Shown: positions 44,545-54,589, counted from the stretch's first letter. The stretch is DNA of 64,000 nt from Candidatus Parcubacteria bacterium (GCA_021414235.1 JAIOOV010000004.1:190456-254455), one strand, 5' to 3'. Program-made: numbers and translations. Notes: generated by a model from the sequence alone, not told the origin.

Positions 44545-45000
44545 ATGGAAAAGCCTAACCTCTACGAAGTGGCGGTGACCGCCATCATCCGTAAGGATGG
44601 GAAATACCTCATCACCAAGCGTTGTTTGACCAAGAAGCGCTTTCCGGGCGTCTGGACGGTCCCCGGAGGGAAGCTGGAGATGAGCGATTACGCGGATCTT
44701 CCCAAGGATACGAAGAATGCCTGGTACGCCGTTCTCGAAAAGACAGTGCGCAGAGAGGTGAGGGAAGAGGTGGGGCTTGAGATAGCGAATGTTCGCTATG
44801 TCACCGATCTCATTACACTCGACTTCGAGAACCCGCTCCTCGTCCTCTCTATGATGGCAGACTATGCCTCTGGAGAAGTGGTCCTCCAGAGAGATGAGGC
44901 GGATGAATATGCTTGGGTCACTCTGGAAGAGGCCAGAGGGTATGACTTTATCGATGGGATATATGAGGAGATAGAGGCGGCGGAGAAGGCCGTACGCTAG
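44545..45000 (+). CDS. NUDIX hydrolase
   Basis: Nudix box GGKLEMSDYADLPKDTKNAWYAVLEKTVRREVREEVGLE (GX5EX7REVXEEXGL-like). Confidence 0.75.
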   Translation: MEKPNLYEVAVTAIIRKDGKYLITKRCLTKKRFPGVWTVPGGKLEMSDYADLPKDTKNAWYAVLEKTVRREVREEVGLEIANVRYVTDLITLDFENPLLVLSMMADYASGEVVLQRDEADEYAWVTLEEARGYDFIDGIYEEIEAAEKAVR

Positions 45001-45043
45001 CTTGTATTCAGCTCGGATTCTTGTTAGTTTTTGGAAGTTCGAA

Positions 45044-45116
45044 GGGCGGTTAGCTCAGTTGGTAGAGCACAATCTTGACGTGATTGGGGTCAGAGGTTCG
45101 AATCCTCTACCGCCCA
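45044..45116 (+). tRNA. tRNA-Val (anticodon GAC)
   Basis: gggcggttagctcagttggtagagc-a-caatc-ttGACgt-gattg-gggtc-agagg-ttcgaat-cctct-accgccc-a. Confidence 0.85.
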
Positions 45117-45208
45117 CAATAAAAGCATTCTAGTTTTCCTGGGGGCGAAAATATAGCGTACAGGACGCGGTCCTTGTGCTTTATCCTTGTACGAGCCAGA
45201 ATTGACTC

Positions 45209-46099
45209 ATGTCGATGGAGGATAATTTCATACGGAGGATAGACAGTAATAGGAGGGGGCAAAATCAAGAAAAGAGGCTCTCTTTGGGCTCCGCCATCGC
45301 CCGAGAAGCTGTTTTGTCCAAAAAGGCTGCGATTGATCCTGAGGGCTTCCGGGATCTCTATGGTTCTGGGGTAGATGTCGATCAAAAACACGTTGGGGAC
45401 GTAAAAAGGCAGATAGAGGCGCAGCAAGCGCAAGAGTTAGACGAACAGGCCCTCCATGAATACCGTAAAACCTTGGAACTCGCTTCCGCTCTCGAGTTCC
45501 TTGTGTGTGAAGGCATTCGCTCTCATGGATGGCTTGGCACAGAAGCGACCGCGGTCAAGACGGCAGAATACGACGATCTCTTTAATGGTGTTGATCTCGT
45601 GGCTGAGTTCAAGCAAAAGACAGGATGGAGGTCCCATCTTGGCCTCGCCATCGATGTGGCTTTCGGAGGGGGTCTTGAGAAGAAGATTATGCGCGTGAAA
45701 TCGGAGATAGATAAAGGTGTCCTCCCGAAAATAAAATATTTTGCGCTCGGTGATTTTCGTGGCGAACTCAAAGGGGTGCCGCGTGTAGTCGCTGGCCTTG
45801 ATGGCAAGGCCACTCTCGGGCTTGCCCAGCTTTGGGAAGAACAAAGGGTACGTTTTGCTTCTCACCCCGTCCAATACACTCTGCTGTATGAGATGAGGCT
45901 TCAGCTCAAGGTTTTTGGCGAATATGCCGCCAAGACTAATAAGCCGGAGATAGCGGAAGCGTATGGGCGCGCACTTGCGTTGCTCGAAGAAGTCATGCGT
46001 CAGAAAGAGCGTGAGCAGGGCCGACCTCAGGAGCTTACTTCGTCGATCGACACCGTCCGTCATCTTGAAGGCGCCTTGCACCAAGTATTCAATTACTAG
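45209..46099 (+). CDS. Hypothetical cytoplasmic protein
   Basis: 296-aa ORF with no family recognised. Sits between tRNA-Val and the DNA glycosylase gene. Confidence 0.4.
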   Translation: MSMEDNFIRRIDSNRRGQNQEKRLSLGSAIAREAVLSKKAAIDPEGFRDLYGSGVDVDQKHVGDVKRQIEAQQAQELDEQALHEYRKTLELASALEFLVCEGIRSHGWLGTEATAVKTAEYDDLFNGVDLVAEFKQKTGWRSHLGLAIDVAFGGGLEKKIMRVKSEIDKGVLPKIKYFALGDFRGELKGVPRVVAGLDGKATLGLAQLWEEQRVRFASHPVQYTLLYEMRLQLKVFGEYAAKTNKPEIAEAYGRALALLEEVMRQKEREQGRPQELTSSIDTVRHLEGALHQVFNY

Positions 46100-46117
46100 T
46101 TGTAAGTCGCGGTTTTT

Positions 46118-46732
46118 ATGAAAAAAGATCCCATCTCCGCCTCCGTTGAGGTTCTCAAAAAAGATAAATATTTCGGCCCGCTCATCAAGAAGCATGGGCC
46201 GCCAGAATTGAAGCGCGGTACGAACGTATTCGAGGCTCTGGTACGCTCCATCGTCTATCAGCAGCTCTCAGGGAAGGCTGCAGCTACCATCTATGGTCGC
46301 TTCCGGACGCTTTTCACAAGTAAGAAATTTCCGACTCCAGAAGAGGTGAGTAAGGTGCCTTTTGAGAAACTGCGCTCTGTAGGGCTCTCCAATCAGAAAG
46401 CCTCATACATCCTCGACCTCGCTGCAAAATTCGCAGATGGAACCATAGAGCATAAGAAACTCTCACGTATGACCAATGAAGAGATTGTGGCGCATCTTGT
46501 CCAGGTGAAGGGTGTCGGCGTATGGACCGTGCATATGTTCCTCATGTTCACGCTGAACCGCCCTGACGTGCTTCCGGTAGGAGACCTTGGGATAAAGAAG
46601 GGTTTCCAGATCGTCTACAAGCTGCGCACAATGCCGGAAGCTAAGAAGATGGAGAAGCTTGCTTCTGCATGGCGGCCGCATGCGACTACGGCCTGCTGGT
46701 ATCTCTGGAGGGCTGCGGACGAGAAGAAATAG
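46118..46732 (+). CDS. HhH-GPD superfamily DNA glycosylase (AlkA / 3-methyladenine glycosylase II-like)
   Basis: Helix-hairpin-helix VKGVGVWTVHMFLMFTLNRPDVLPVGDLGIKKG with the catalytic Asp in VGDLG. Confidence 0.7.
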   Translation: MKKDPISASVEVLKKDKYFGPLIKKHGPPELKRGTNVFEALVRSIVYQQLSGKAAATIYGRFRTLFTSKKFPTPEEVSKVPFEKLRSVGLSNQKASYILDLAAKFADGTIEHKKLSRMTNEEIVAHLVQVKGVGVWTVHMFLMFTLNRPDVLPVGDLGIKKGFQIVYKLRTMPEAKKMEKLASAWRPHATTACWYLWRAADEKK

Positions 46733-46735
46733 GAG

Positions 46736-47659
46736 CTACGCGTGAAGGTAGAGGTAGATGTCCTCAAGCGCCTTCACTGCGTCACCCGCGGCGATGTTGT
46801 TCTGGTGGTAGAGGCCATCGGTGCAATCGCCTGCTGCCCATATGCCGGGGACTGAGGCGCGCTGCGTGCGCGGGTCCACTATGATCTGCCCGATCGGGTT
46901 CTTGGCCACTACGTCTTTCATAAAATCAGTGGAGGGGAGGAGGCCGATCTCTACGAATACGCCTTGCACCGCGAGTTCCTTGTTCTCGCCGCTCTCTCTG
47001 TCTTTGTACGTAAGACCGCTGATGAAATTTTCTCCCTGGATGGAGAGAGGCTCGGCGTTCAGGACTGCGTGCATCTTGGGATTCTCCAACACCTTCTTTA
47101 CGGTGACCGGGTCTGCCCGGAACTCGGCGCTCCTGTTGAGGAGGGTGACGCTTTTGGTATAGGCGAGAAGTTGCGCTGCGGTCTCGAAAGCGGCATTACC
47201 TCCGCCAATGACAACGGTGTCCATATCGGCGAAGAGTGGGCCATCGCAGGAGGCACAGTAGGTCACTCCCTTATGCTCGAACTGATCCGCTCCTGGGATC
47301 TCTAGTCTCCTTCGGGTGCTCCCTGTGGTCACTAGGACGGCCTTGGCTTCATAGGATCCGCCCTTGCTGTCGGTAATGAGGAAAGTCTCACCCTTCTTCT
47401 CTACAGAGGCCACACGGAGCCCTGTCTTTATGTCCACCATGTCTCCCGCATAGGCGCGCAGGTGCGCCTCTAGGCTCTTGGCGAGATCCTCTCCGGAGAT
47501 ATTTACCGTACCGATCCAGTTCTCGATGCCCGCAGACACGATGCTCTGTCCGCCGAAGCTCTCGGTGATGAAGAGGGTCTTGAGGCGCTTGCGGGAAGCG
47601 TACACGCCTGCAGCGACGCCGCCTGGTCCTCCGCCGATTATCGCCAAGTCATACATCAT
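46736..47659 (-). CDS. trxB: Thioredoxin-disulfide reductase
   Basis: FAD site YDLAIIGGGPGGVAAGVYA, redox-active CASCDGPLF, NADPH site VIGGGNAAFE. Confidence 0.85.
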   Translation of the reverse strand: MMYDLAIIGGGPGGVAAGVYASRKRLKTLFITESFGGQSIVSAGIENWIGTVNISGEDLAKSLEAHLRAYAGDMVDIKTGLRVASVEKKGETFLITDSKGGSYEAKAVLVTTGSTRRRLEIPGADQFEHKGVTYCASCDGPLFADMDTVVIGGGNAAFETAAQLLAYTKSVTLLNRSAEFRADPVTVKKVLENPKMHAVLNAEPLSIQGENFISGLTYKDRESGENKELAVQGVFVEIGLLPSTDFMKDVVAKNPIGQIIVDPRTQRASVPGIWAAGDCTDGLYHQNNIAAGDAVKALEDIYLYLHA

Positions 47660-47688
47660 ATAAGGTAGGGAATAGTATAGCAGAGAGG

Positions 47689-47713
47689 AGTAACGAAGAA
47701 ACCCGGGTGGACC
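47689..47713 (-). terminator. Terminator hairpin downstream of ftsZ (minus strand)
   Basis: aacccggg-tggacc-cccgggtt flanked by A/T tracts. Confidence 0.5.
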
Positions 47714-47728
47714 CCCGGGTTTCGTCTG

Positions 47729-48904
47729 CTACTTGATCTTACTTCTTCGAAGGAAAGCCGGGACCGCATTCCAGTCATCGTCGTCCTCGGGAGAGACTGG
47801 CTTGGTGTCCTTGTTCTCCGGCTGCATGGGCTTCTCAGGGAGGGAGTTGAAGATGCTTGGCTTCTTCGGCTCAGGAGCGTTCTGGGCCTCCATGACCGCC
47901 GGATTAGGGCGCTTCAGATTGAACATGGAATCGCTGGCGCGGGGAGAAGCTTCGGGGAAGCCTGAGGCGATGACCGTGACCTTGATTTGGTTCTTCTTGA
48001 GCTGCTTGTCCAAAATGGTACCGAACTTGATCTTGGCATTGGGGTCCACGGATTCGGTGACGATCTTGACGATCTCGTTGATCTCCAAGATGCCGAGGTC
48101 GTCGCCAGAGGCGATGGCGATGAGGATGCCGCGTGCGCCGTTGACGGAGATGTCGAGGAGAGGGGAGTTGATGGCTGCCTTGGCAGCGTCTTCTGCGCGC
48201 TTGTCGCCGTCAGCCACGCCGATGCCGATGAGGGCGGAGCCGCCGTTCTCCATGACGGTGCGGATGTCGGCGAAGTCGGCGTTGATTTCGCCTGGGGTGA
48301 CGATGAGGTCGGCGATACCCTCCACTGCCTGCCGCAGCACTTCGTTGCACATGGCGAAGGCTGCCTTAGTGGTGGTGCCTTTGTTGGCCACAGTGAGGAG
48401 GCGGTCGTTCGGGATCACGATGATGGCATCCACTTCCTTGCGGAGCTCTTCGAGTCCCTGCTCGGCGAGACGTGCGCGCTGGGCGCCTTCGAAACCGAAA
48501 GGCTTGGTGACGACCGCGATGGTGAGTGCACCTAATTCCTTTGCGGTACGCGCGACGACAGGAGAAGCACCAGTGCCGGTACCGCCACCCATACCACCAG
48601 TGATGAAGACCATGTCAGCACCTTTGAGGGCTTCCTGGATCTCTTCCTTGGTCTCTTCCGCAGAGCGCTTGCCGAGTTCCGGGTTCATGCCGGTGCCGAG
48701 GCCGCGGGTGAGATTCTTGCCGATGTGGATCTTCCTCTTGGCGAGAGAGTTGTGAAGGTCCTGCGCGTCGGTGTTCACTACGATGAAATCGACTCCCTTC
48801 ACGTTGGAGCTGATCATGTGATTGACCGTGTTCTTGCCGGAGCCGCCGCAGCCGACGACCTTGATGCGCGCTGACGTTTCGATTTCCGGAGTGATTTTGG
48901 GCAT
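47729..48904 (-). CDS. ftsZ: Cell-division GTPase FtsZ
   Basis: Start at MPKITPE… (the ORF-track 5' extension has no SD). IKVVGCGGSGKN, tubulin signature GGGTGTGASPVVA, T7 loop NDRL region. C-terminal tail ends DDDWNAVPAFLRR. Confidence 0.9.
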   Translation of the reverse strand: MPKITPEIETSARIKVVGCGGSGKNTVNHMISSNVKGVDFIVVNTDAQDLHNSLAKRKIHIGKNLTRGLGTGMNPELGKRSAEETKEEIQEALKGADMVFITGGMGGGTGTGASPVVARTAKELGALTIAVVTKPFGFEGAQRARLAEQGLEELRKEVDAIIVIPNDRLLTVANKGTTTKAAFAMCNEVLRQAVEGIADLIVTPGEINADFADIRTVMENGGSALIGIGVADGDKRAEDAAKAAINSPLLDISVNGARGILIAIASGDDLGILEINEIVKIVTESVDPNAKIKFGTILDKQLKKNQIKVTVIASGFPEASPRASDSMFNLKRPNPAVMEAQNAPEPKKPSIFNSLPEKPMQPENKDTKPVSPEDDDDWNAVPAFLRRSKIK

Positions 48905-49004
48905 AAGAATATTAAATGTGTAGGGAGGCCTGTATACGAAGAATGATACCAAAGGGGTCTTAAAGCGCTACTTTGAAAAAAGGTCCTTGTGTGTCGTAAC
49001 GGGC

Positions 49005-49042
49005 GCAAAACTCCCCGCGACCTGTGGTTGCGGGGAGTTTGC
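49005..49042 (-). promoter_or_regulatory. 13-bp stem hairpin in ftsA-ftsZ intergenic region
   Basis: gcaaaactccccgc-gacctgtggtt-gcggggagtttgc lies between the ftsA stop (49068) and ftsZ start (48904). Could be an attenuator or processing site tuning the FtsA:FtsZ ratio. Confidence 0.4.
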
Positions 49043-49067
49043 AAGGAAATACGTAAATTACGGGCTT

Positions 49068-50255
49068 CTAGGGGAGGAACGGCTTGAGGCCTTCGCCGAG
49101 GGACTTCCAGAAGCGCTTGCCCATGGAGCCGAAGTTCACATTCTCGCGCGGGCGGGAGGAATCGCCGCTGAAGCCCCAGATGCAGAGTCCGTAGGCCACC
49201 GACCAGGTAGCGTCCTTCACTTGCTGCTTGCCACCCTGGGGGACGGTGAGGAGGGCTACCTTGGAGGGGAGCTTGAGCGCAGCCTTGGCGAGGTCCTCGA
49301 TGCTCGAGAGACCAGAGCCGCCGCCGGTGATGATGATGCCAGCAGGGAGGAGTCCGCTCCGGCCGAGTTTTTTCAAATGGGCTTCGATGAGGTCGAAAAT
49401 ATCGGAGAGACGCGCCACCACGATCTCGTCCAAACGTTTCTTGGAAAAATTAGTATTGGTGATGGCGCCGAGTTTGATGCGCTCGGCCTCTTCGAGGGAA
49501 ACCTTGAGGCCCAGGGCGATGTCGTTGGTGATATCAGTAGAGCCGATGGGGAAGACCTCGAGGGAAACTGGTGCTCCGTTCTCGTAGACCACGATGGAGA
49601 CGGTCTCGGCGCCGATGTTAGCAAGGACGCAGCCGGCCATCTTCTGAGTCTTGGTGAGTGAGACGAGGGAAGCAGCGATGGGTGCAGCCATCGCGTCCAC
49701 TACTTCGACGCCCGCGTTCTCTACTGCCTGGATGAGGTCCTGGAGATGCTTGTCGAGATAGGTGACGAAGAGCATGCGCACTTCCACCTTCATGGCCTTG
49801 AGGCCTACTGGACGATTGCCGAGCACGTCGCGTCCATCCGTCTTGTAGTGGAGCGGGATGGGGTGGAGGATGCGGCGATTGATGATGGCATTCTGGGGGA
49901 TGGCCAGGCGCGCGGCTTCGTGCGCCTTGTCCACGTCGAGGTCAGAGATCTCTGCATCCCCGCGGGAGACCACGGCGCTCCCCGAGCTTATAATCGATTC
50001 GAGGCCTACTCCGCCCACGGCGAGGAAGGCCTCTTTGATCTTAATCTGCGCCTGCTTCTCGGCTTCGGCTACTGCTAGTCGTACGCTCTCAGCCACTTCG
50101 GCGTCGCTTACGATGTAGCCGTGGCGGAGGCCTTTGGACTCGACACAGGCGGTGGCGAGGATCTTGGGCAGGTCTTTGTCGTTCGTGCGCTCACACACCA
50201 CCACTTTTATGTTGTGTGAGCCAATGTCGATGCCGGTTCGGATATCGCGTGCCAT
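49068..50255 (-). CDS. ftsA: Cell-division protein FtsA (actin-like ATPase)
   Basis: Start MARDIRTGIDIGSHNIKVVV… and …IITGGGSGL show the actin-fold phosphate-1/2 motifs and an FtsA-type 1C subdomain. Confidence 0.85.
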   Translation of the reverse strand: MARDIRTGIDIGSHNIKVVVCERTNDKDLPKILATACVESKGLRHGYIVSDAEVAESVRLAVAEAEKQAQIKIKEAFLAVGGVGLESIISSGSAVVSRGDAEISDLDVDKAHEAARLAIPQNAIINRRILHPIPLHYKTDGRDVLGNRPVGLKAMKVEVRMLFVTYLDKHLQDLIQAVENAGVEVVDAMAAPIAASLVSLTKTQKMAGCVLANIGAETVSIVVYENGAPVSLEVFPIGSTDITNDIALGLKVSLEEAERIKLGAITNTNFSKKRLDEIVVARLSDIFDLIEAHLKKLGRSGLLPAGIIITGGGSGLSSIEDLAKAALKLPSKVALLTVPQGGKQQVKDATWSVAYGLCIWGFSGDSSRPRENVNFGSMGKRFWKSLGEGLKPFLP

Positions 50256-50291
50256 TGTGCTGAAGCAACGCGCGGGTATCGGATCCGGTCT

Positions 50292-50675
50292 TTAGATCTT
50301 AAAGCGTGTACGCACCCGCTGCTCGTTGCGCTCCATTGTACTACCGTGGTCGTGTCCTTTCAAATGAAAAAGTCCGTGGATAAGAAGAAAGGCGAGAAGA
50401 TTCGGAAAGGTGCGTGAGAAAAGCTTCGTTTCCTTTTTGATTTTCGCGAGGCAGATGATCAGTTCTCCTTCGTTCTTCGAAAGAGAGAAGGAGAGGATGT
50501 TGGTCGGCTTGTCTTTGCTGCGGTAGATGCGGTTGAGCGCGCGCGATCGAGCTGGGCTTACGAAAGCGATGGAGAGGCGATAGCTCTTTCCGAGCACTGC
50601 CTCTTTGAGAGACGCAAAAGGAAGCCGGGGTACGGCTTCCTTAGTGCTGCGAGCGAGAGTGACGTTGTCGCGCAT
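50292..50675 (-). CDS. ybeY: rRNA maturation RNase YbeY
   Basis: Zn-binding motif LIHGLFHLKGHDHG (HxxxHxxGxxH). Confidence 0.8.
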   Translation of the reverse strand: MRDNVTLARSTKEAVPRLPFASLKEAVLGKSYRLSIAFVSPARSRALNRIYRSKDKPTNILSFSLSKNEGELIICLAKIKKETKLFSRTFPNLLAFLLIHGLFHLKGHDHGSTMERNEQRVRTRFKI

Positions 50676-50683
50676 CAGGCGGT

Positions 50684-50932
50684 TTAGCGCTTGCGACCGC
50701 GTACCGGCTCAGGAGGGAGCTTGCCGAGCTTGGCGAGCTTCTCGTACTTAGCCTTGCGGGTGAGAGACTTGAGTGTGCGCTTCTTGCGGATGAACTTGGT
50801 GAGCGGACGCGCGCTGTAGCGGATGCTACGGACACGAGGGAGGATGCCAGCACCCTGCACGCGCTTGGTGAAGCGGCGGATGATGCTCTGGCTGTTCTCG
50901 TTGCTATTGCGCACTACTTCGACGTTTATCAT
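50684..50932 (-). CDS. rpsU: 30S ribosomal protein S21
   Basis: Start at MINVEVVRNSNENSQSIIRRFTKRVQGAGILPRVRSIRYSARPLTKF… matches the S21 pattern (EV…NE…ALRRFKR…G.L.E.R…Y.KP…RK). My coordinates are ±1 nt here. Confidence 0.7.
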   Translation of the reverse strand: MINVEVVRNSNENSQSIIRRFTKRVQGAGILPRVRSIRYSARPLTKFIRKKRTLKSLTRKAKYEKLAKLGKLPPEPVRGRKR

Positions 50933-50979
50933 AGCGAGGAGCCTACCATATTCCACCCCTTCTCTGCAACGCGGGGGCT

Positions 50980-52188
50980 CTAGCGGCGACCCTGACGGAG
51001 ATAGGCGGGGAGCTGTAAAAGGGGGATGGTTTCCTGGGAGCGGGTCTTCATATGGCGCACGATGGCGCTGCCTTCCAGGGCTTCTTTCTGACCGATGATG
51101 ATGGTATAGGGGATAGCCATCTTCTCAGCCACCATGATCTGCGCGGACATGCGGTCCTTGGGGAGCGCCTGGAGGACCGGAATCTTTGCTTGGCGGAGCA
51201 CCTCGATTGCGGCGAGGCTCTGGAGCTTGGCGTCGAAGCCGAGCTGGATGAGATAGGCGGCAGGAGGCTTTAGCTGCTGCGTGTCCTTCTTCGGCTCCGC
51301 AAGTCCGAGGCCTCCCAAGGAGAGCGAGATGCCCACTGCATAGATATCCTTCTTGGAGCCGAATTTCTTGCCGAGGTCGTCATAGCGGCCGCCCTTGGCG
51401 AGGAGCGCGGAGTGGAGCTTGCCCTTCATCTTGCGGCTATTCGGCTCTTCTGTGTGTATCTCGAAGATGGTCTTGGTATAGAAATCCTTGCCGCCTACCA
51501 GGCAGTGGTTGATGCCGTAGGGCATGCGCATGCTCTCGAGGAACTCGAGCACTTCGCTGAAGTGCGTGCGGCTGGTCTCGGAGAGGGAGCCCATGGGCTT
51601 CGGCGCTGCTTCCGTGAGGATATTGCACTTCTCGTGCGCATTCACGCACTCAAGCGTGCGGAAGATATCCTTCTTCTTGAGATGCGCTTTGCAGGCTGCG
51701 GGGATGTCGGCGAGGTGCTTGTTGCAGTAGTTGCCGAATTCGCGGGAGAAGCGGGCGATGGATTCGCGATCCCCGAGGCTGTTCAATTCCACGTAGAGCT
51801 TCTCGAAGCCGAGTTCTTCCAGGATGATGCTGGTGGTCTTGAAGAGGATAGCTTCGGCGATACTCTTGCTTGATCCGATGATCTCAAGAGAGAAGAAGAC
51901 GCCCTCCTTGCCCCCGTAATTCTCCCGAGGGAGCTGCTTGGGGAGCGGTTCGCTGTGATACAGGAGAAGGGGCTGGGGAAGGGTGCCGAGGTTGTGCTTC
52001 ACGTAGGCTTCCAGGATGTTCTGTCGCTTGGCTTCTCCAGGGACGCCATCTTTGCCGAGATGAAGCTTCTTACCCTTAAGCTCTCCTTCAAGAAGAGAGG
52101 AGAGCGGAGAGAAACCGTAGTAACGGGCGATTTCGCGGGCTTTTTCGTAACGACGGAGATTCTCTGGAGAGGCTTTGGGCATGGTCAC
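50980..52188 (-). CDS. hisS: Histidine--tRNA ligase
   Basis: Class II aaRS motifs with the HisRS-specific GGRYD-like region (AKGGRYDDLGKKFG) and an anticodon-binding domain. GTG start. Confidence 0.85.
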   Translation of the reverse strand: MTMPKASPENLRRYEKAREIARYYGFSPLSSLLEGELKGKKLHLGKDGVPGEAKRQNILEAYVKHNLGTLPQPLLLYHSEPLPKQLPRENYGGKEGVFFSLEIIGSSKSIAEAILFKTTSIILEELGFEKLYVELNSLGDRESIARFSREFGNYCNKHLADIPAACKAHLKKKDIFRTLECVNAHEKCNILTEAAPKPMGSLSETSRTHFSEVLEFLESMRMPYGINHCLVGGKDFYTKTIFEIHTEEPNSRKMKGKLHSALLAKGGRYDDLGKKFGSKKDIYAVGISLSLGGLGLAEPKKDTQQLKPPAAYLIQLGFDAKLQSLAAIEVLRQAKIPVLQALPKDRMSAQIMVAEKMAIPYTIIIGQKEALEGSAIVRHMKTRSQETIPLLQLPAYLRQGRR

Positions 52189-52736
52189 TTGGTCTCGATC
52201 ACTCCTGGGAAGAGATCAGCCTTGGGAAGCGGGAAGAGGCGTATGAAAGCGCGTCCGATGATGTTGTCGCGCGGAAGCGCTCCCCAGGCACGTGAGTCGG
52301 AGCTCGCGGCGCGATTGTCACCCATGACGAAGTATTCCTCTGCTCCCAAAGTCATCTCCCCATCATCCTCGCGGGGGAAGCGGATGTAGGACTGGTCGAG
52401 GGCGAAGCCTTTGGGATACACGCTGTTCTTTATGGTCACTTCGCCTTGGCTGATCTCTACGGTCTCTCCAGGGAGTCCCACGATGCGCTTGATGAAATAC
52501 TTAGAAGGGTCCTTGGGGTAGCGGAAGATGATCACGTCGCCGCGCTCAGGCTCGGAGAAATGATAGCTGAGGCGGTCTACCACCAGATATTCGCCGGTAT
52601 CGAAGGTTGGCTCCATGGATGCACCCGAGACGATGAAGGGTTCAGCGACGAAGAGACGGATGGGGACGATGATCGCGAGAGTCAGGAAAGCGAAACGAGC
52701 CATTTCTTGAAGGAGCGAAGGCTGTTTCGTTTCCAT
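52185..52736 (-). CDS. lepB: Signal peptidase I
   Basis: Box B VSGASMEPTF (catalytic Ser), box D RGDVIIFRYP, box E YFVMGDNRAASSDSR. Confidence 0.8.
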   Translation of the reverse strand: METKQPSLLQEMARFAFLTLAIIVPIRLFVAEPFIVSGASMEPTFDTGEYLVVDRLSYHFSEPERGDVIIFRYPKDPSKYFIKRIVGLPGETVEISQGEVTIKNSVYPKGFALDQSYIRFPREDDGEMTLGAEEYFVMGDNRAASSDSRAWGALPRDNIIGRAFIRLFPLPKADLFPGVIETK

Positions 52737-52815
52737 ACGTGGGAGAATTGTAATACGCCGGTGTATGGTCTACAAGGCGCGAGAGCTTTTCTTTGTGTTC
52801 TGCTACACTATCCCC

Positions 52816-53409
52816 ATGTCGTATCTGATAGTCGGTCTCGGGAATCCTGGAAGAGAATATGAAAACACGCGGCACAACGCGGGACAGATGATGTGTGCGG
52901 CGATTGCGGAACGTTTCAAATTCAAAGAAGGGAAAGAGAGTACTAAAGCGAAAGGAATGGAGCGCTCTGGCGAGATTGCGGAGAAGAAAGTGACACTACT
53001 CACGCCAGGAGAGTTCATGAACAACTCTGGCCGCTCCGTGAAGCCCTACATAAAGACTCCAAAGGATCTGGAGCGTCTCGTGGTCATCTACGACGAACTC
53101 GATCTACCCTTCGGCCGTATCAAACTCTCCTATGGCCGCAGCGCAGGCGGGCACAATGGGCTAGATTCCGTCATTAAAGCTCTGAAGAGCAAAGATTTTC
53201 TGCGCATTCGCATCGGAGTTTCTCCTGCGACTGCAGGCGGCAAGCTCAAGAAACCTCATGGTGAGCAGGAGGTAGTCGATTTCATACTGGGAAAGTTCTC
53301 CAAGAAGGAGAACGATGAGCTTACGAAAGTCGCAAAGACCGTAGGGGACGCGGTGGAGACTTTTATATCTGAAGGAAGGGAGCTGGCGACGGGGAAGTTT
53401 AATCAGTAA
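52816..53409 (+). CDS. pth: Peptidyl-tRNA hydrolase
   Basis: Start at the internal ATG MSYLIVGLGNPGREYENTRHNAGQM has the catalytic His in the NTRHNAG motif. …GGHNGLDS is also conserved. Confidence 0.85.
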   Translation: MSYLIVGLGNPGREYENTRHNAGQMMCAAIAERFKFKEGKESTKAKGMERSGEIAEKKVTLLTPGEFMNNSGRSVKPYIKTPKDLERLVVIYDELDLPFGRIKLSYGRSAGGHNGLDSVIKALKSKDFLRIRIGVSPATAGGKLKKPHGEQEVVDFILGKFSKKENDELTKVAKTVGDAVETFISEGRELATGKFNQ

Positions 53410-53411
53410 AC

Positions 53412-53441
53412 AAAAAGCCCCGCCGGTAGGCGGGGCTTTTT
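53412..53441. terminator. Bidirectional terminator between pth and rpsA
   Basis: aaaaagccccgcc-ggta-ggcggggcttttt. Confidence 0.6.
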
Positions 53442-53461
53442 GTTTGTTACATTAGGAATCT

Positions 53462-54589
53462 TTATTTCTTCGCCACGAACGACAGCGTCATCTTCTGTTC
53501 CTTGGGTTCGAAGAAGGTGATCTTGAAGGAGTAGTTCTTGCCGAGTTCGAGAGAGCTCTTGAGTTTCTCATCACTTCCAAACTCCGAGACATGCACGAGA
53601 CCTGCAACACCTTCCTCAATCGAGGCGAGTGCACCGTGCTTGTTGTACTTAATGATGACGCCTTCTACGGTGTCATCCTTCTTGTACTTCTCGCCGGCTT
53701 CCTTCCACGGGTTGGCTTTGAGCGCCTTCACCGAGAGGGAGATCTTGCTGTCCTTAACGTCGATGACCTTCACTTTGACCTTGTCGCCCACCTTGAAGTG
53801 CGCGCGAGGGTCTTCTACGAGGCCCCAGTCGATCTCAGAGATGTGCACGAGTCCCTCGAGGCCTTCCTCGAGCTTCACGAACACGCCGAAGTCTACGGTG
53901 CCAGTGACGGTACCCTCTACGGTGTCGCCGACTTCATACTTACTGATGATCTCCTGCTTCTCCTTTTGAGACGGGCTCTTCTCGGAGAAGATGAGCTTAC
54001 CTTCCTTAGGAGTGGAGCCGATGATGGTGACAGAGAGGGAAGTACCGACAAGTTTCTTCAACTCATCATAGATCTTGTCCTTGTCGCCGTCCTCAACACG
54101 GGGATAGTGCTCGCTCTTGAGCTGGGAAGCAGGGAGGAAGCCCTGGATGCCCTGCCACTCGAGGATGAGTCCGCCCTTGTTGGCGTCTACCACCTTGAGT
54201 TCAAGGAGACGCTTTTCCTTGATGATGTCTTCCGCTTCGCTCCAGATGAGGGCCTGACGGGCTTCCTTGAGGGAGAGCTCGATGTAGCCGTCTTCGTTGC
54301 CAGCATCCACCACCTTGGCGGCGATGTTGTCACCGATGTTCACGCGGCGGAGGATGTCACGTGCGTTCAAATATTCGCGGCCGTAGATGATACCGGTGCC
54401 GAAGGGGGGCAAGTCGATATACACCGCAGACTTTTCAATCGCGATGACGGGACCCTCTACGATGTCGCCGACGGAAGGGGGAGTAGCAGTCTCCTCCAAG
54501 ATCTTGTCCATCGGACCTGCTTTCCTGACCTTCACCCCGCTCTCCTCTGCTTCGAGTTCGGCATTCTTGCCGTTCATTTCATTATCCAT
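53462..54589 (-). CDS. rpsA: 30S ribosomal protein S1 (four S1 domains)
   Basis: Start at MDNEMNGKN… with SD agga. Four S1 OB-fold repeats (GDIVEGPVIAIEK…, …LELKVVD…, GDTVEGTVTGTVDFGVFV…, DDTVEGVIIKYNKHGALA…). Confidence 0.8.
   Translation of the reverse strand: MDNEMNGKNAELEAEESGVKVRKAGPMDKILEETATPPSVGDIVEGPVIAIEKSAVYIDLPPFGTGIIYGREYLNARDILRRVNIGDNIAAKVVDAGNEDGYIELSLKEARQALIWSEAEDIIKEKRLLELKVVDANKGGLILEWQGIQGFLPASQLKSEHYPRVEDGDKDKIYDELKKLVGTSLSVTIIGSTPKEGKLIFSEKSPSQKEKQEIISKYEVGDTVEGTVTGTVDFGVFVKLEEGLEGLVHISEIDWGLVEDPRAHFKVGDKVKVKVIDVKDSKISLSVKALKANPWKEAGEKYKKDDTVEGVIIKYNKHGALASIEEGVAGLVHVSEFGSDEKLKSSLELGKNYSFKITFFEPKEQKMTLSFVAKK

Noticed and set aside
50941-50990. Apparent 1-nt coordinate inconsistency between my hand-indexing and the ORF track around the rpsU start/hisS stop
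   Set aside because: Most likely my own block-counting error when reading the sequence. ORF-track coordinates were used. Hand-derived RNA and hairpin coordinates elsewhere may be off by 1-2 nt.
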